In this document: positions 25,735 to 39,455 of the stretch, one piece after another
Layout: every line of letters starts with the position of its first letter
How positions within the stretch are numbered: the stretch's first letter is position 1
DNA from: Octopus vulgaris
Taxonomy: Eukaryota
Length of the DNA stretch: 64,000 nucleotides
Assembly: GCA_951406725.2 (NCBI GenBank)
Contig: OX597822.1
Location: 49,972,001-50,036,000, forward strand
Direction: 5' to 3'
The notes under the pieces: generated by a model
The model's input: only the letters and a program-made list of their open reading frames with translations
Told to the model about the DNA's origin: nothing
Database searches by the model: none
Translations under genes and position numbers: made by a program

Positions 25735-26139
25735 CTGTAAAATAAAGCAACGCATTGGTAGGTAAACAAATGTACCAACAAATAGAAGGGAGTGAAGGGA
25801 ACATCACTTTTCAAGTAACTCTGAATAGGTAAATGTAAGTTTTCAAAAGTTTAATGCAGTTTAAATATGGAGATTAAGATCGTCTGGTATTGGGTATTCT
25901 TCGCGGACTTGTGTTCCTACTCAATTTAATCACCGTCGCTGGTGGACAGTCGAAATAAAATAAATAGACAAAATCCTTTCACTTTTATAATATTCTCTAA
26001 CCAAGTAATAATACACAATTACAACATATAAATAAATAATGAATTTTAAAGATGTGAAAATCATCTTTAATACCAATACATGACTATATAGATTAAGAGA
26101 CTATGGAAGACCCTACATGCAAAGAAAATTATGTACACG

Positions 26140-26330
26140 CAACGAATTAGAGAAAAATCCGTATATACTACGGTTTTTCCCGGTTTGTCTATTTACACTG
26201 GAGCTCTGGGGGAAATGCTATAGGGTATGATCATCCTTGGGACATAAGTAACGTGTGTGTAAAGTTTGGTGAAAATTGTTTGAGAAATGTGGAATTGTAT
26301 GTGTTTGTTAATATACACACACATAATGTG
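26140..26330 (+). mobile_element. Possible non-autonomous Helentron/HINE-like element
   Basis: AAAGTTTGGTGAAAATTGTTTGAGAAATGTGGAATTGTA followed by a (CA)n run resembles the HINE/DINE-type 3' region. Pattern recognition only. Confidence 0.35.
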
Positions 26331-26345
26331 ATTGATAATATAGTA

Positions 26346-26695
26346 GAGGTGCAATGGCCCAGTGGTTAGGGAAGAAGACTCGGTTGTAGTGATCGCGGTT
26401 TCGATTCTCAGACCGGGTGTTGCGAGTGCTTATTGAGCGAAAACACCTAAAGCTCCATGAGGATTCGGTAGGGTGTGGTGATGAACCCTGCTGTACTCTT
26501 TCATTACACATTTCTCTCACTCTTTCTTCCTGTTTCTGTCACACTTTGTGTCACGCTGAATCTCCCCGAGAATTACTTTAGGGGTACACGTATCTGTGGA
26601 GTGCTCAGCCACTTGCAGGTTAATTTCACGAGGAGGCTGTTCTTTGATCCAATCAACTGAAACCCTCGTCATCGTAACCGTCGGAGTGCCACGTA
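26346..26695 (+). mobile_element. tRNA-derived SINE (family C), full length
   Basis: A-box TGGCCCAGTGG and B-box GGTTTCGATTCTC at the 5' end, ~350-bp body, followed by a (TAA)n run. Confidence 0.8.
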
Positions 26696-26723
26696 CTAGG
26701 TTATAATAATAATAATAATAATA

Positions 26724-26855
26724 ATCTAAATGCTCTACTTAAAAAAATATCTGTGTGATGATTGTATGTGTGAGAACGTTGATCATTAATTTGTATTATC
26801 ATTTCTAAATTTGTGCTACAGAACAATACATATTTTTTTGTTATTTAGTTACAAG

Positions 26856-26858
<3 letters not shown>
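26724..26858. repeat. 135-bp direct repeat, copy 1 (copy 2 at 27553-27687)
   Basis: ATCTAAATGCTCT...TTATTTAGTTACAAGAGA present twice with only a few differences. Confidence 0.95.
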
Positions 26859-27308
<450 letters not shown>

Positions 27309-27552
27309 TGCGTGTGTATAGTTGGATATATATATAAATCGAATTTACTGCTGTAAATAGTGATGATTTCACACATACGATAATCTTCTTTCAGTTGCGT
27401 TCCCTACTATATGTTTAATGCAGTCAATAACTACAGTGGTACAGATACATAGCCATCTATTCTATAGTTGCAAGAGATATACCTACTAAATGTACATGCA
27501 GTTACAACATGTAACCATAAAAGTAGAACAATGTATAATGTAGATAATGTGT

Positions 27553-27687
27553 ATCTAAATGCTCTGCTTAAAAAATATCAGTGTGATGATTGTATGTGTG
27601 AGAACGTTGATCATTAATTTGTATTATCATTTCTAAATTTGTGCTACAGAACAATACATATTTTTTTTGTTATTTAGTTACAAGAGA
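27553..27687. repeat. 135-bp direct repeat, copy 2 (presumed donor)
   Basis: Matches 26724-26858. Confidence 0.95.
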
Positions 27688-29541
27688 GACATAGAATTCA
27701 CCTCATATTAATTTAAGAAACAAAGTAAAAAATGGGAAAACAGAATATATTAATGCAGATACCGAATAGTTAAATTGTTCTACCGGATTCTTCAACTTGA
27801 GTAAAGCTTTGGAAAAAATAAATAGTTGTACGAATTCTGTGACAGAGACGAAAAAATAAACCAGTCAATTTTCGTTGTAGAAATTGGCGATATTCAGTGA
27901 CTTATAATTCTTTGCATATTATTGCATACCCAGCCACAAACTTGTAGGAAAAATGAACAAGCTTGCCGTGATAGAAATAGCAACAGTCACCTTCTAATCA
28001 TACACTATCATTCTAAGTTCATCCGTTGTTTGATTCAATATCATTAACATGTCTTTAGTCGTTTTAGGAAAGTTTTCTAAGTTGTAATTATGTCACTGGT
28101 CTGTGGATAACTTCCGAAGATACTTTTATCCGATTCAGTGCTGTAAACCATGAAATGGATCATTAGCTCTGAACTTCCTTCTGAGAGGAGTGATATAGGA
28201 TAATAAAGAAAATGACGGAAACATCGAATAATGTATGTATTCCTGGCCTAATGTAAAGACCTGTAGAGTTAGGTATGATTGGAATATCGTTGATCATCTG
28301 TTTTATTGTCCCGAGCCATGTTAAGGAGGGATTAAAATGTTGGAAAAGTGGAAATAGGAGAGAGACGAGTTTACTGATGTTATTAGATACCTTTTACTAA
28401 ATAGTGGAAATTATTCCATTTGGTAGTTCATGTTTTCTATTATATCACCACATCCATCAACAACATATGAAGTAGTATAACATACAGAGAATTAGTCCCA
28501 CCGTTGCATCACAATTTATTTCCGCACAAGCATTATTTCCTTCTCTCCTTCCATCTCTCTCTCTTTCTCACACATACACACACCCATACAAGCCCCACCT
28601 CAAACCCCCACATATACGTACATTTTATCTTTTTCTTATTTGTCATTATCCTGTAGCCAACAGAGGTACATCATTGAAGACTTTTAGTAAAACAATCTAC
28701 CCCAGTACATATTATTTGCAAAGCCTAAGGGTAAATTTGGCTGAACCACTAGGTTACAGGGACGCAAACACACTAACACCAGTTGACAAGTGGTCGAGGG
28801 GGACAAACGCACAAATAAAGACACACACATATGCAATGGGCTTCCCTCAGTTTTCGTCTACCAAATCCACTCAAGGGATTTCAATACACACAAACACACA
28901 CACACATATATGTACATATGTTTAAATATTAAATCAGTTGAAATGTTTGTGTAAAACTGATAAACCTTCACGCATCGAGGAAGGTATATAATAAATTGTA
29001 TAACAAAGGAAAAAATATAGAAACGAAAGACAAAAGGAAACAAGAACAAGAAGTAAAGGAGGGCAGAAAGAAGAAAAGATTAAGAACAGACAAATGCTTC
29101 TATAAGACCTTTTAAAATGCTCTCTATCCCTTTTTTTCTCTCTTTTTCCCTCAAACAGGTAATGCATTCGAACTAATAATGTCACATGACTTCAAGATAT
29201 TCTCCAGAGAGCAGAATTGTGATATCTTTTATAATTTTCTTTTTTATTTGCGTCAGTTATCAAATTGCCGCTATGTTTAAGCACCGTATGGAATGGCTTT
29301 AGTCGAACAAATCGATTTGTGACGCCTAGTACTTATTCCATCTGTCGCTTGCCGAACAGCTAGGTTACAGGGGCGCAGACACACCAACACCGTTCTTAAT
29401 CTCTTGTGGTGGTGGGAACAATCACAGATATAAAGTGACGCACACATAGATATATACATACATACACATACATATATATATATACATATACATATATATA
29501 TATATATATACATATACATATGTATGTACACACACACACAC

Positions 29542-29577
<36 letters not shown>

Positions 29578-29589
29578 ATGCTGAACGTC

Positions 29590-30450
29590 GCGCAGTAAAA
29601 AGGTATTTGCCTCACACAGTATATTGAGAATATATGAATTTTATCACTTTTCTTGGTAACTTGACATCAGGAATATGTCACTGACCTACAACACCACTCT
29701 CTTTTGAAAACACAAGTATTGCATGTAGGGGTTCGAACTCGCTCACATTTCATGAACATGGTAATGCTCGCAAATGCATGATGCACGTGCAAAACGTTAA
29801 TTCATTGGGTATAAAACGCACCCAAATTTCCCGGCCTGTCTTTCGTTTCCCGAACGTTGCAAGCATGCCAAGACTGACACGAAATAAGAGGGAGCAAACC
29901 ATCGGATGTCTCCACGCTGGTCAACGCCCATGGGCCATTGCTAATGACTTGAACTGACGTATTCGGGCAACAGAGCAACTGAGGGAATGATATAATGCCA
30001 CAAACAGCCCGGATGATCGTCCAAGTAGTGGCCGACTGATTGTTACAACAGCACGTCAAGATCGCCGTCTGCATCGACAACTGTGGTGAGTCCCTATGGC
30101 AGACGATAGGGTCTCACCATAGACCCATTTGTGCAGAGACATCTGTTCGCTACATCGACCAAGTATTGAGGCTTCACATTGTCTCATACTCTGTTCGTCA
30201 TCGGAATCATAGTAATACATTTCTTATGAACTGAGAGAGCGATGGATATAAATAATTGATTTTATAGGACCGCCACAGGAACGATTGACTACCATCTTTA
30301 GCAGACATGTATCCAGTATCGGTGAAACCCTAAACACCCAGAAACCATGCTCTACAGGTCTTGCCAAGCTGGAGGGAAGTGATTCGCTTCCTTACAATAC
30401 ATCGGACACATGTTGTGTGTCAGGAACCAGCTGGTAGAGACGTTTTCCTG
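29590..30450 (+). mobile_element. Degenerate Tc1-like transposon
   Basis: From ATG 29865: MPRLTRNKREQTIGCLHAGQRPWAIANDLN*...DDRPSSGRLIVTTARQDRRL, a Tc1 HTH plus RSGRP/T..QDR motif, with stops. Confidence 0.75.
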
Positions 30451-30899
30451 GGGTTAAAATGTAGTAGTAACATAGTTCTTTATAGAACAACCATGTTACT
30501 GTGACAAGAAAAAAAACCTTTCGTATTGCTTTTACATTTTTTATGAAATGATTCAAAAAAATAATATTTAGTCTTTTAAAATTCCTATCATTGATAGTTC
30601 ATATTTGATAAGTATGCATATAAGACTCACTGGATTTGTGTTGACAGTAATCAAAGAATTTCTAGTTTTAACCATACAACAGAATGAGACAATTTTACAA
30701 ATAATGTCTTACATTTAACCCACTTTAAAAAGTCTAAGACGGTGTTGTTGAAGAAGTAAACGACAACAAATGTATGAAAAATGCAATTATATATGTGCAA
30801 AACGGAAACAAAATGAGAGTTGATTTATAGAAGACAGCTGTGTGGCAATATCTTATCAAAAGTAAATAAACATCTAAGAACTATCTTTATCAACAACAA

Positions 30900-33100
30900 T
30901 GAGAAACAGAATCATTTGGAGATAATGAAAAGAACACTTGAATTGTGAATTGATCTTCCCTCTCAGGGAGAAACTTCTTCAATAGATGTGAAAGAAAAAT
31001 ATTTAACAAGAAATTCTGTTACAATTAAGCTGCAGTGTAGAGACGGATGACGCAATGGAAGGAAACATTGGCGCCTAATTATTCCGAAAGCATACATTAC
31101 AGATTTGTCTTTGCGATTGCGATATATAAATCTTGGCAATCGCAAACAGTAGTAGAGATGCTAATAGAAAAAAAACTGTTATTCTATTGGAAATATCTCA
31201 CAAATTCGATCAGTATTGGTGTCACCAACGGCCACTTACATGGCAAATAATTGTAAGTAAACTGCATGCCTGGATTTATTTTATGAAGTCCATCGCAACC
31301 AGATTCGGCTGCATCAATATAGTAATAGGAATATCATCGCAGCCGGTATCCCAGCGGAGAAGATAGAAGTTTGTGATGGGTAAATCAATTTCTAATTAAG
31401 AAAACTGTGATGACCAAACTGCAATGATATAAATAACGATGGCGTTTAGTCTAATTAAATGTCGTCTTCTTCTCGCAAAGTTTTGCAAAAGTACACGCCA
31501 TTCTGTCATCTCTATTAATGGCCTGATAATTTCTCACATATTCGTGTGAGAAATTTTGTGAGTACTAACGGAATATCTACGTCAAATCTGTAGAATTATA
31601 AATAATCGAAGAGTGAAAGTGTACAGCTGGGTGAGCAATTTCAGTGATGTGGTACATTCGTGAATAATCCGCTCCCCTATGAAATCTTTCATGGATGATA
31701 TAGCATTGTTAGCTAGGAATTTGAATTTAATGGTGAGAATCTTAACTGTACAAGAATGTATTTTAAAGCAAATAAAACGCAGTGTAACATTCATTATGGG
31801 AATTCAGAAGGATGTGAATCATGAGATTGCAGGAAAAAGGAGGACCACAATAGCAGAGGAGTTTGAGTAGGTTCCGGAAAAAATGCAATATGTGTTGCTT
31901 AATGATAGAAGTGACAAAAATCAAATGTAGGAAAATGTCTAAGGATGAACTTTCAAACAGTGATAGAATATTACTATCAAGCATGTTCGGCAGCTCTGGT
32001 ATCTGCAAGTTGCTAGAAATGCCACGAAACCTGGCATGTGAGGCTTTGTACGGAAACAAAGTTCCATTAGAGGTAACAATCTCATCAATAGTTGGGCAGT
32101 ATAAAGGCGCAGGTTTTCATAATGCCGCACCATCAAAACCTTACGACGTCCCCTCAATCACCCCAAATATAAATACTAGAAGAAAATGAATAGCATGGAA
32201 AAATAAAATTTCCCAGAAAAAGTGAGCGCTGCACGCCAGCCATTGTAAGGAAGAAAGATGATCCAAAATTAGATAGGATTTGTGAGGTCACTTTTGACGT
32301 TGATAATAAATATCACTTCCTATATTTTGCCACCAAGAGATGCGACCTTCATGCATGGTGCAAGAAAAGGAAAGCAGTGAAGATGGTGGAGCTGACGGTT
32401 CCTGGGGAGTCGAACGTCGGAGACGCCTTTCCTGGAAGGAAAGTATCACTACACTTTGGTAGACTTCTCTGAAACAAAAAAGTCGGGTGAGCAACACGCC
32501 TTCCTCTAAAGTTAAGTCTTAGATGATTTATTAGAAGCGGGGCCCACTCGATGCTTTTGGAAATCTGCGTAGGAGACAAATGCTATTATCAGAAATTGCC
32601 GGAAGTCGCGGAGAAAGTAATCCATTACATCTAGCTCAAAAGATATGGAAAGTGACGCAGCAAGAACGAGCACTGAAGATGGTAGAAGCATCGGGTCTGT
32701 ATCAACAAGTGTGTGTTCTTGTGCAGGAGTTCTATTGCCTAAATCAATGGGTGGCACAGAGCAACTCTAGTATCATAGTAAAATGGGTCGAAACACCGAC
32801 AGAGCTTTTTCTTAACCCGATGGGGCACCGAATTCTGCATTCGGTGACAGAGTACAGCGCTAACTTCAGAACACAGATGTTTTCACTAAAAGTTGAAGCT
32901 AAAAGACACCAACCTCCACAGATAAAGTAAAACAAAACACCGAATCTATAAATTTCGATAAATAGCTGCCACTTTTGAGGCACTGATTATGTAGCTAAAC
33001 TTCTTAGCACCCATCTTCTGATGTTGGGATTCACGAAGCAAGAAATTATGCTGCTGATTAAGAATTTACATTTACAAGCCATTAGTTGAGTTGTGAAAAA
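30900..33100 (+). mobile_element. Decayed NeSL/Hero-like (RLE-group) non-LTR retrotransposon
   Basis: RT catalytic-like motif PMKSFMDDIALL at 31679, ALYGNKVPLEVTISSIVGQYK downstream, and scattered C-terminal traces. Many stops and frameshifts. Confidence 0.65.
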
Positions 33101-33951
33101 ATATAAAACAGAAATTTGGCCTGTAGCAGGTACATATAGACATCATATCATATGTACATGTATATAAATGTTTAACACAGAATCATGCACATGTATACAT
33201 ATAACACACACACACATACATACACACGAACAAACAAACAAACACACACATACACACACACACACACAATATAATCATTTATCTACGTTGTCGAAATTTA
33301 TTATGGTATTTTTGTATTGCTGAGAATTTGTTGAATAAATTGAGAAGAGCGTATATAAATATACGCAATTTTATAAGATTAATGATGTCTGACCAAGAAA
33401 CATTTTTTTCAATATACAAAATCATGTATACGTTTCTATGTGTGATAAACACGCGTCATGTAATATCGTATCAGCTGCACAAACCAAACGTATGAAGAAG
33501 GCGATGAGAAAAAAAAGGAATGAAAAGTCATGAAAAAATAGGAAATTAACGACGAAGAATAATTTTTTTCAAAAACCTGAGGGTCATTATTAAGAAAGTT
33601 TAGAAGAAATACATTATAAGTAAGAGCTGTTATAAGAAGAAGTGGTTGCTTATTGGATAAGTCGGCGGAGAAACCGATCATCAATTGCAATATATATTGG
33701 CGGGGATGAGAGGGAGACTGAGAGAAAAAGAGAGAGAGAGAGAGAGAGAGGAGGGGAAGATGGATGCGTCAAAGGATGAATGGGGACAGACATATGCACA
33801 GAGACAATCAAACTCACATACATATACATATATACGGTGGGCTTCTTTGAGTTTCTGTCTAGGAAATCTACACAAGATTTTGGTCCCGAAGCTACAGTAA
33901 AAAACAATTGCCCAAACTGCCACTCAGCGGGACTGAACCCGATACGGTGTT

Positions 33952-34500
33952 CAGGAGACAAACAAAAACACGTCTTCCTTGTTCCAGTATCCAATTACTC
34001 CGTCACACTCTCTCCCTCACTCCTCCCCCTTGATCACGTGGTTCCCACATGACCATCAGCCATCTTTTTTCCTTTCCTCCTCTTCGTTGTAGCTGGAACA
34101 AGGAAGACGTGTTCTTGTTATTCTCCTGCCCTAGCTTGATTTATGCGTTCACGACCACAACCTTATTTAGGCTTAGCAGCCCTTCTTGTTTGTTTTCATA
34201 AGACTTAGCAGCCCTTCCTGTTGGTTTTCCTATTTGTGTTAACTATTTTGACCCTCCGCAAAATCCCAAATTTTATTGAATTTGCTTTGCGGGAGCAACT
34301 GTTTTATCGAAATCGTATATTGATGTTAAATGCTCGAAATACGAAACTAGGGAAGCAGCCAACAACTGATAAAGGGCCGTTCTTTATGTAGTTTGTTTTC
34401 TTTTCCATTTGTGGCTTTGGTTGCTCGAAAGAATAGTTCATGTTCCATGTACTCGTGCTTCGTATTATTTTGTTTTGTACACGTTTCGTGAACGCGTGTA
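33952..34500. repeat. Interspersed repeat (probably PLE-terminal type) with 36-bp inverted arms 33952-33987 / 34093-34128
   Basis: CAGGAGACAAACAAAAACACGTCTTCCTTGTTCCAG vs reverse complement CAGGAGAATAACAAGAACACGTCTTCCTTGTTCCAG. Also a short tandem duplication CTTAGCAGCCCTTC at about 34172-34230. Confidence 0.55.
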
Positions 34501-34560
34501 CCTACATATGCATATACAAATACGTATAGATGTTAGTATGTACATATACGTATGTATAAA

Positions 34561-34608
<48 letters not shown>

Positions 34609-34660
34609 TATATATATATATACGTATATTTATATATACATATATGCGTATGTATGTATG

Positions 34661-34706
<46 letters not shown>

Positions 34707-35333
34707 CTATATATATTATATATATCATTATATGATTGAACGCCACGCAGAAGAGCTTTAACTATAATGTGTTGATTGATTTACAGTGACCTAGGGATAA
34801 CCAAAGCCGACATCCCAAGCATTTTCCTTAGAACTCTCAGAAACAAGAATTCTTTGATGATCTGTTAGAAATGTCACCAACATACACCCAATCATGTCCG
34901 AAACGAAAAGTACACTGAAACTGTAGTCTTAAACTGAATATGTAACAAAACGATAGGAATGATATTTGACCATAGTTCCACCTCTTTATATTTCACTACA
35001 CGAACGACACTCATGCAGCATTAAATTTGTATTTCAGAATGTTGGTTTAGTTGTACTACATCCTATGTTCAAATATTCTTCCCGAGAAGGATTTTCCATT
35101 CAATACATTCATTACTGTTATATCTTATCGATACCATTATATATGACACAAGTATATGAAGTCAGCAATTAGTTTCAACTACATTACGATATGTAAATAC
35201 ATACATGCATACAAAAATATACGTACATATATATACACACGCACATAAACATGTATACATAAACATTTGAAGCGACAATTCGCGTATTTGGCGTGGGAGA
35301 CTATCGAAAATATAATGCACACTATCTCCAACG

Positions 35334-35377
<44 letters not shown>

Positions 35378-35600
35378 ATATTTATGTGTGCGTGTGTGTG
35401 TATGTGCGTGTATGTGTGTGTGTGTGTCTGTGTGTCTGTGTGTGTGTGTGTGTGTGTGCGTGTACGACAAGAAGTAATTTTGCCTCTTTTTATGGAGAGA
35501 AAAGGGTTTATACGATTGCAAAAACGAAATGCTGAAATGAAAGTGTTTTATGTTATATAAAGTCGTTGACTCGAATTTGATGCTTGTTCTCTAATCAATG

Positions 35601-35648
<48 letters not shown>

Positions 35649-36043
35649 TTGGTATTATGCAGAAGTGTCGTAAGTCCAAAACGTTGCTTTTTTAGAAAAC
35701 GAATAAATAGTTTCACCATTCCATTTCTTTTTATATTAACAACAATAATTTGTTGGGTACATAAAGTCATAACTCCATGCATGTGTGATGTTTTCAGTAA
35801 AAAATATTTTTGTGAAAATATCTATGTAGGACTTACTACACTTTTTAAAAATGATAAAACGTTATACTGCGCTTTGACAATTTTGATCTGAAGCAGCTAG
35901 ATATATGATAGTTTGATCAAAAGAACGGGCTATTGCAAGCAAAATTGAATATTGAAAGAAGAAAACGCATTTGGGCAAATTTAAACATATGACAGTTTAA
36001 TATAATAGCTAAGATGTATATATATATATATGTGTATTTATAT

Positions 36044-36472
36044 ACTCTCTTTCTCTTTTACTCTCTTTTACTCTCTTTTACTTGTTTCAGTCATTTGACT
36101 GCGGCCATGCTGGAGCACCGCCTTTAATCGAGCAAATCGACCCCGGGACTTATTCTTTTGTAAGCCCAGTACTTATTCTATCGGTCTCTTTTGCCGAACC
36201 GCTAAGTAACGGGGACATAAACACGCCAGCATCGGTTGTCAAGCCATGCTAGGGGGACAAACACAGACACACAAACACACACACACGCATATATATATAT
36301 ATACATATATACGACAGGCTTCTTTCAGTTTCCGTCTACCAAATCCATTCACAAGGCTTTGGTCGGCCCGAGGCTATAGTAGAAGACACTTGCCCAAGGT
36401 GCCACGCAGTGGGACTGAACCCGGAACCATGTGGTTGGTAAACGATACTTACCACACAGCCACTCCTGCGCC
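36044..36472 (-). mobile_element. Composite SINE family B, full length
   Basis: Near-identical to 24809-25234; the head reads AGGCGCAGGAGTGGCTGTGTGGTAAG on the minus strand. Confidence 0.93.
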
Positions 36473-36497
36473 TATATATATATATATATATATATAT

Positions 36498-36981
36498 TCT
36501 TTAATTCTTTTATTCTTCCATTGGTTTAAGTCATTTGACTGCCGCATGCTGGAGCAGCACCTTTAATCGACCAAATGGATCCCAGAACTTGTTGATTTTA
36601 AGTTCAGTACTTATGCTATCGGTCGCTTTTGTCAAACCGCTAACTTACGGGGGAGGTAAACACACCAGCATCGGTTGCCAAACGATAGTCCGGGACAAAC
36701 ACAGACACACAAACACACACACACACACACATATATATATAATTATTTATATATATATATATATAATTTACATAGTATATATAGACATATATGTATACGT
36801 ATATGTATATATACACACACCACGGGCGTACTTCAGTTTCCCTCTTCCAAATCCACTCACAAGCCGTTGGTGGTCCCGTGGCTATAGTAGAAGACACTTA
36901 ACCAAATTGCCTCGCAGTGTAACTCAACATAGGAGCATGTGATTGGGAGCAAGCTTGTTATGACACAGCAACGCCCGCTCC

Positions 36982-36982
<1 letters not shown>
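36498..36982 (-). mobile_element. Composite SINE family B, older diverged copy in tandem
   Basis: Same two-part layout with internal microsatellite; more substitutions. Confidence 0.85.
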
Positions 36983-37045
<63 letters not shown>

Positions 37046-37477
37046 TAAATTGTATAGTAAATGCACAAACATAAAGGAAAAAACTACAATGTATGCACAG
37101 ACGAAGGGGAAAACGTAATTTGAGTACAAAAACGGTCGGAAAACAGACACAGAAGATCCGTAATTCTTCATCAATTATCAAAGATATAGTGTATATATAT
37201 ATTTATATATATACATATATATACATATATAGATACATATATACATATATATACATATATATATACATATATATACATATATACATATATATATATACAT
37301 ATATATATATACATATATACATATATATATACATATATACATATATTTAACAATTAAGGATAACTTCTTAATAAGGAATCTTAACAAAAATTATCAGGTA
37401 GATAATTATCAGGGGTTGAACAGTTAGCTGTTTGGCTTCGACGAGACAGGTCGTTTATCTATGATGCGTTCAGAACC

Positions 37478-37521
37478 AGTCTTGCTGATGAGTACGTAAG
37501 TATCACAGGTGATACAAGACT
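37478..37521 (+). ncRNA. Type I hammerhead ribozyme relic lacking the CGAAA core segment
   Basis: Stem I AGTCTTG/CAAGACT, CTGATGA, stem II GTAC-GTAA-GTA[C], missing GAAA, stem III TCAC-AG-GTGA, then TA. Confidence 0.6.
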
Positions 37522-37812
37522 AAATTCATTTTTTAAATGTCTTGCTTTGAAAAATTGCATTTGGGTAGGATTAGTAAAATTTTTGGTAGAAATGACTAAT
37601 GTCCCTCTTAGCGTGTGGCATGTATGTATAATAATGCCCTCTATATATAAACATATATACATATATATATATACATATACAGAGAGAGGGAGAGAGATTC
37701 AGATGAATACGGTACTTAAGAAGAGGCACCAGTATTTAGTACTCTATTACCCATACAATTTCAAAATAAGGTGATTAAAATCAAAATAAGCCACAAGGAT
37801 ATCCAGAAGTAA

Positions 37813-37899
37813 TGCAGTACGATCATTTCATGCAACTCCATTTAATTGAACAATACAATCATTACATCAATTTAAAATGTAGAGCAAACTTCAGCTGCA
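37813..37899 (-). ncRNA. Degenerate type I hammerhead with long stem II
   Basis: Minus strand: stem I TGCAG/CTGCA, damaged core CTGAAGT, long pairing CTC.ACATTTTAAATTG / CAATTAAATGGAG, then GAAA-TGATCG-TA. Confidence 0.5.
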
Positions 37900-39455
37900 C
37901 AAATACATAGTATTTGATTAAATTAGAACAGCTGGACACATTAGTATAATTATACCTAAACTCTCATAGAAGTTAAGGAGATAGACAAAGAACATGTCGT
38001 TTCTACTTCAGCATAGAAGTTACAAAAATTATCAAGAAGACTCTGTCTGCTACTAATTTTTTTTACTTATGGAGTCAGTTTTAATTAATAGACTAGTTTA
38101 TTAAATCGCTTATATATGTTAGGTTGAGAGAACAGAGGCAGTATCTGTTATCGGTAGGGCTAAGTTAGTAGACATACATTCTTGTTGGCATGGTCATAAA
38201 AATCTAGATTTATTATAAGCAATATCATGAGGTTTAGTAAGGGAAAACTTAAAACGAGAAGCAAGCTGATAATTAAGGAGGGCGCCCATTAGCAGACTAT
38301 CGATATTGAAACAGGGGAAGTCTTATAATAAGGTACTGTAGTTAAATATTTTAAACAATGTTGCTATATAAACAGTTAAAATATAGGGATATTCAAAGGA
38401 TTATTAAGAAGAATATTATAACAAAAGGATAGAAATTTATGAATACTTTTGAGTATATACCAAACGTCTTACCACAATAGAGAGAGGAAAATCAATTATC
38501 CAGAAATAGCTTAATATTTATACATATTGTAGACTTAAATTCTAGCTCATCAGATGGTCTCTGTGAATATTGATTTATTGGTATATACTGGTATTAATAA
38601 AGGAGTACCGGGATAAAGTAACATGCTAATCATATATTAATAAAATTTTAATCTAAGCAGTGTTTTTTATAAGTAGTGAATATACCAATATAGTTTTACA
38701 TATGCTAAGTATTAATATATAGAGATACAAACATTAGATTAATTTTATAAATAAATAAAGGCTGATTATAAAATAATAAAGAAATAAAATAAAATAATGA
38801 AGTAGGGCACAACAACATAGAAATGGAAATAAAATGACTTAATTACTAATGCCTTGGTAAAAAATATATACATCAGTAGAGAACATTTTTAGGAAAATTA
38901 TAATAATACAAAATATATTAGACGAAAAGTTATATATTTACATATTTAGCTAATTTCAATAAAAGACTGATGTTTGGAATCGGTTAAGGAAATATTTAAG
39001 TTATGGAAAAATCATATTTTACACTAAGCTTTTCATAAATTAAGGGATATATTATAGGTTTAAGAAGTTATTATTGTTACTCCCTACATGATATTTATAG
39101 TTTCTTAGTGATACTTGTTTAGAAGGGTTATTTATATAAAGGCCCATATAAATACTAAGATCAGGAGGGTAGAGACATTTAAGAAAGAGATAAACCAAGT
39201 AATTTCTAAAGATCATTCCAAACAATATTGTCTTATCGTATAAAGTTAAAATTTAGGGTAATCAAGATTATTAAGAATGAAATTTTAACAAAAGGATAAA
39301 ACTTCTTTGAATGTTTTAAATATATACCAAATATTTATCACAATAGAGGGAGGAAAAGAAAATTGCAAATAAATAGTTTAATATTTATTTGCTTATTACT
39401 TATCTAAATATTAACTTATTAAATCTCAGAATGAGATTGAAACAGTAATCGCTCG

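Noticed and set aside
26346-26420. tRNA gene
   Set aside because: A/B boxes are present, but the sequence continues into a SINE body and no complete cloverleaf is evident; it is a SINE head.
37900-39420. Nuclear mitochondrial insertion (NUMT)
   Set aside because: AT-rich and strand-skewed, but the segments I translated gave no mitochondrial protein even reading TGA as Trp, and I saw no mt tRNA or rRNA motif.
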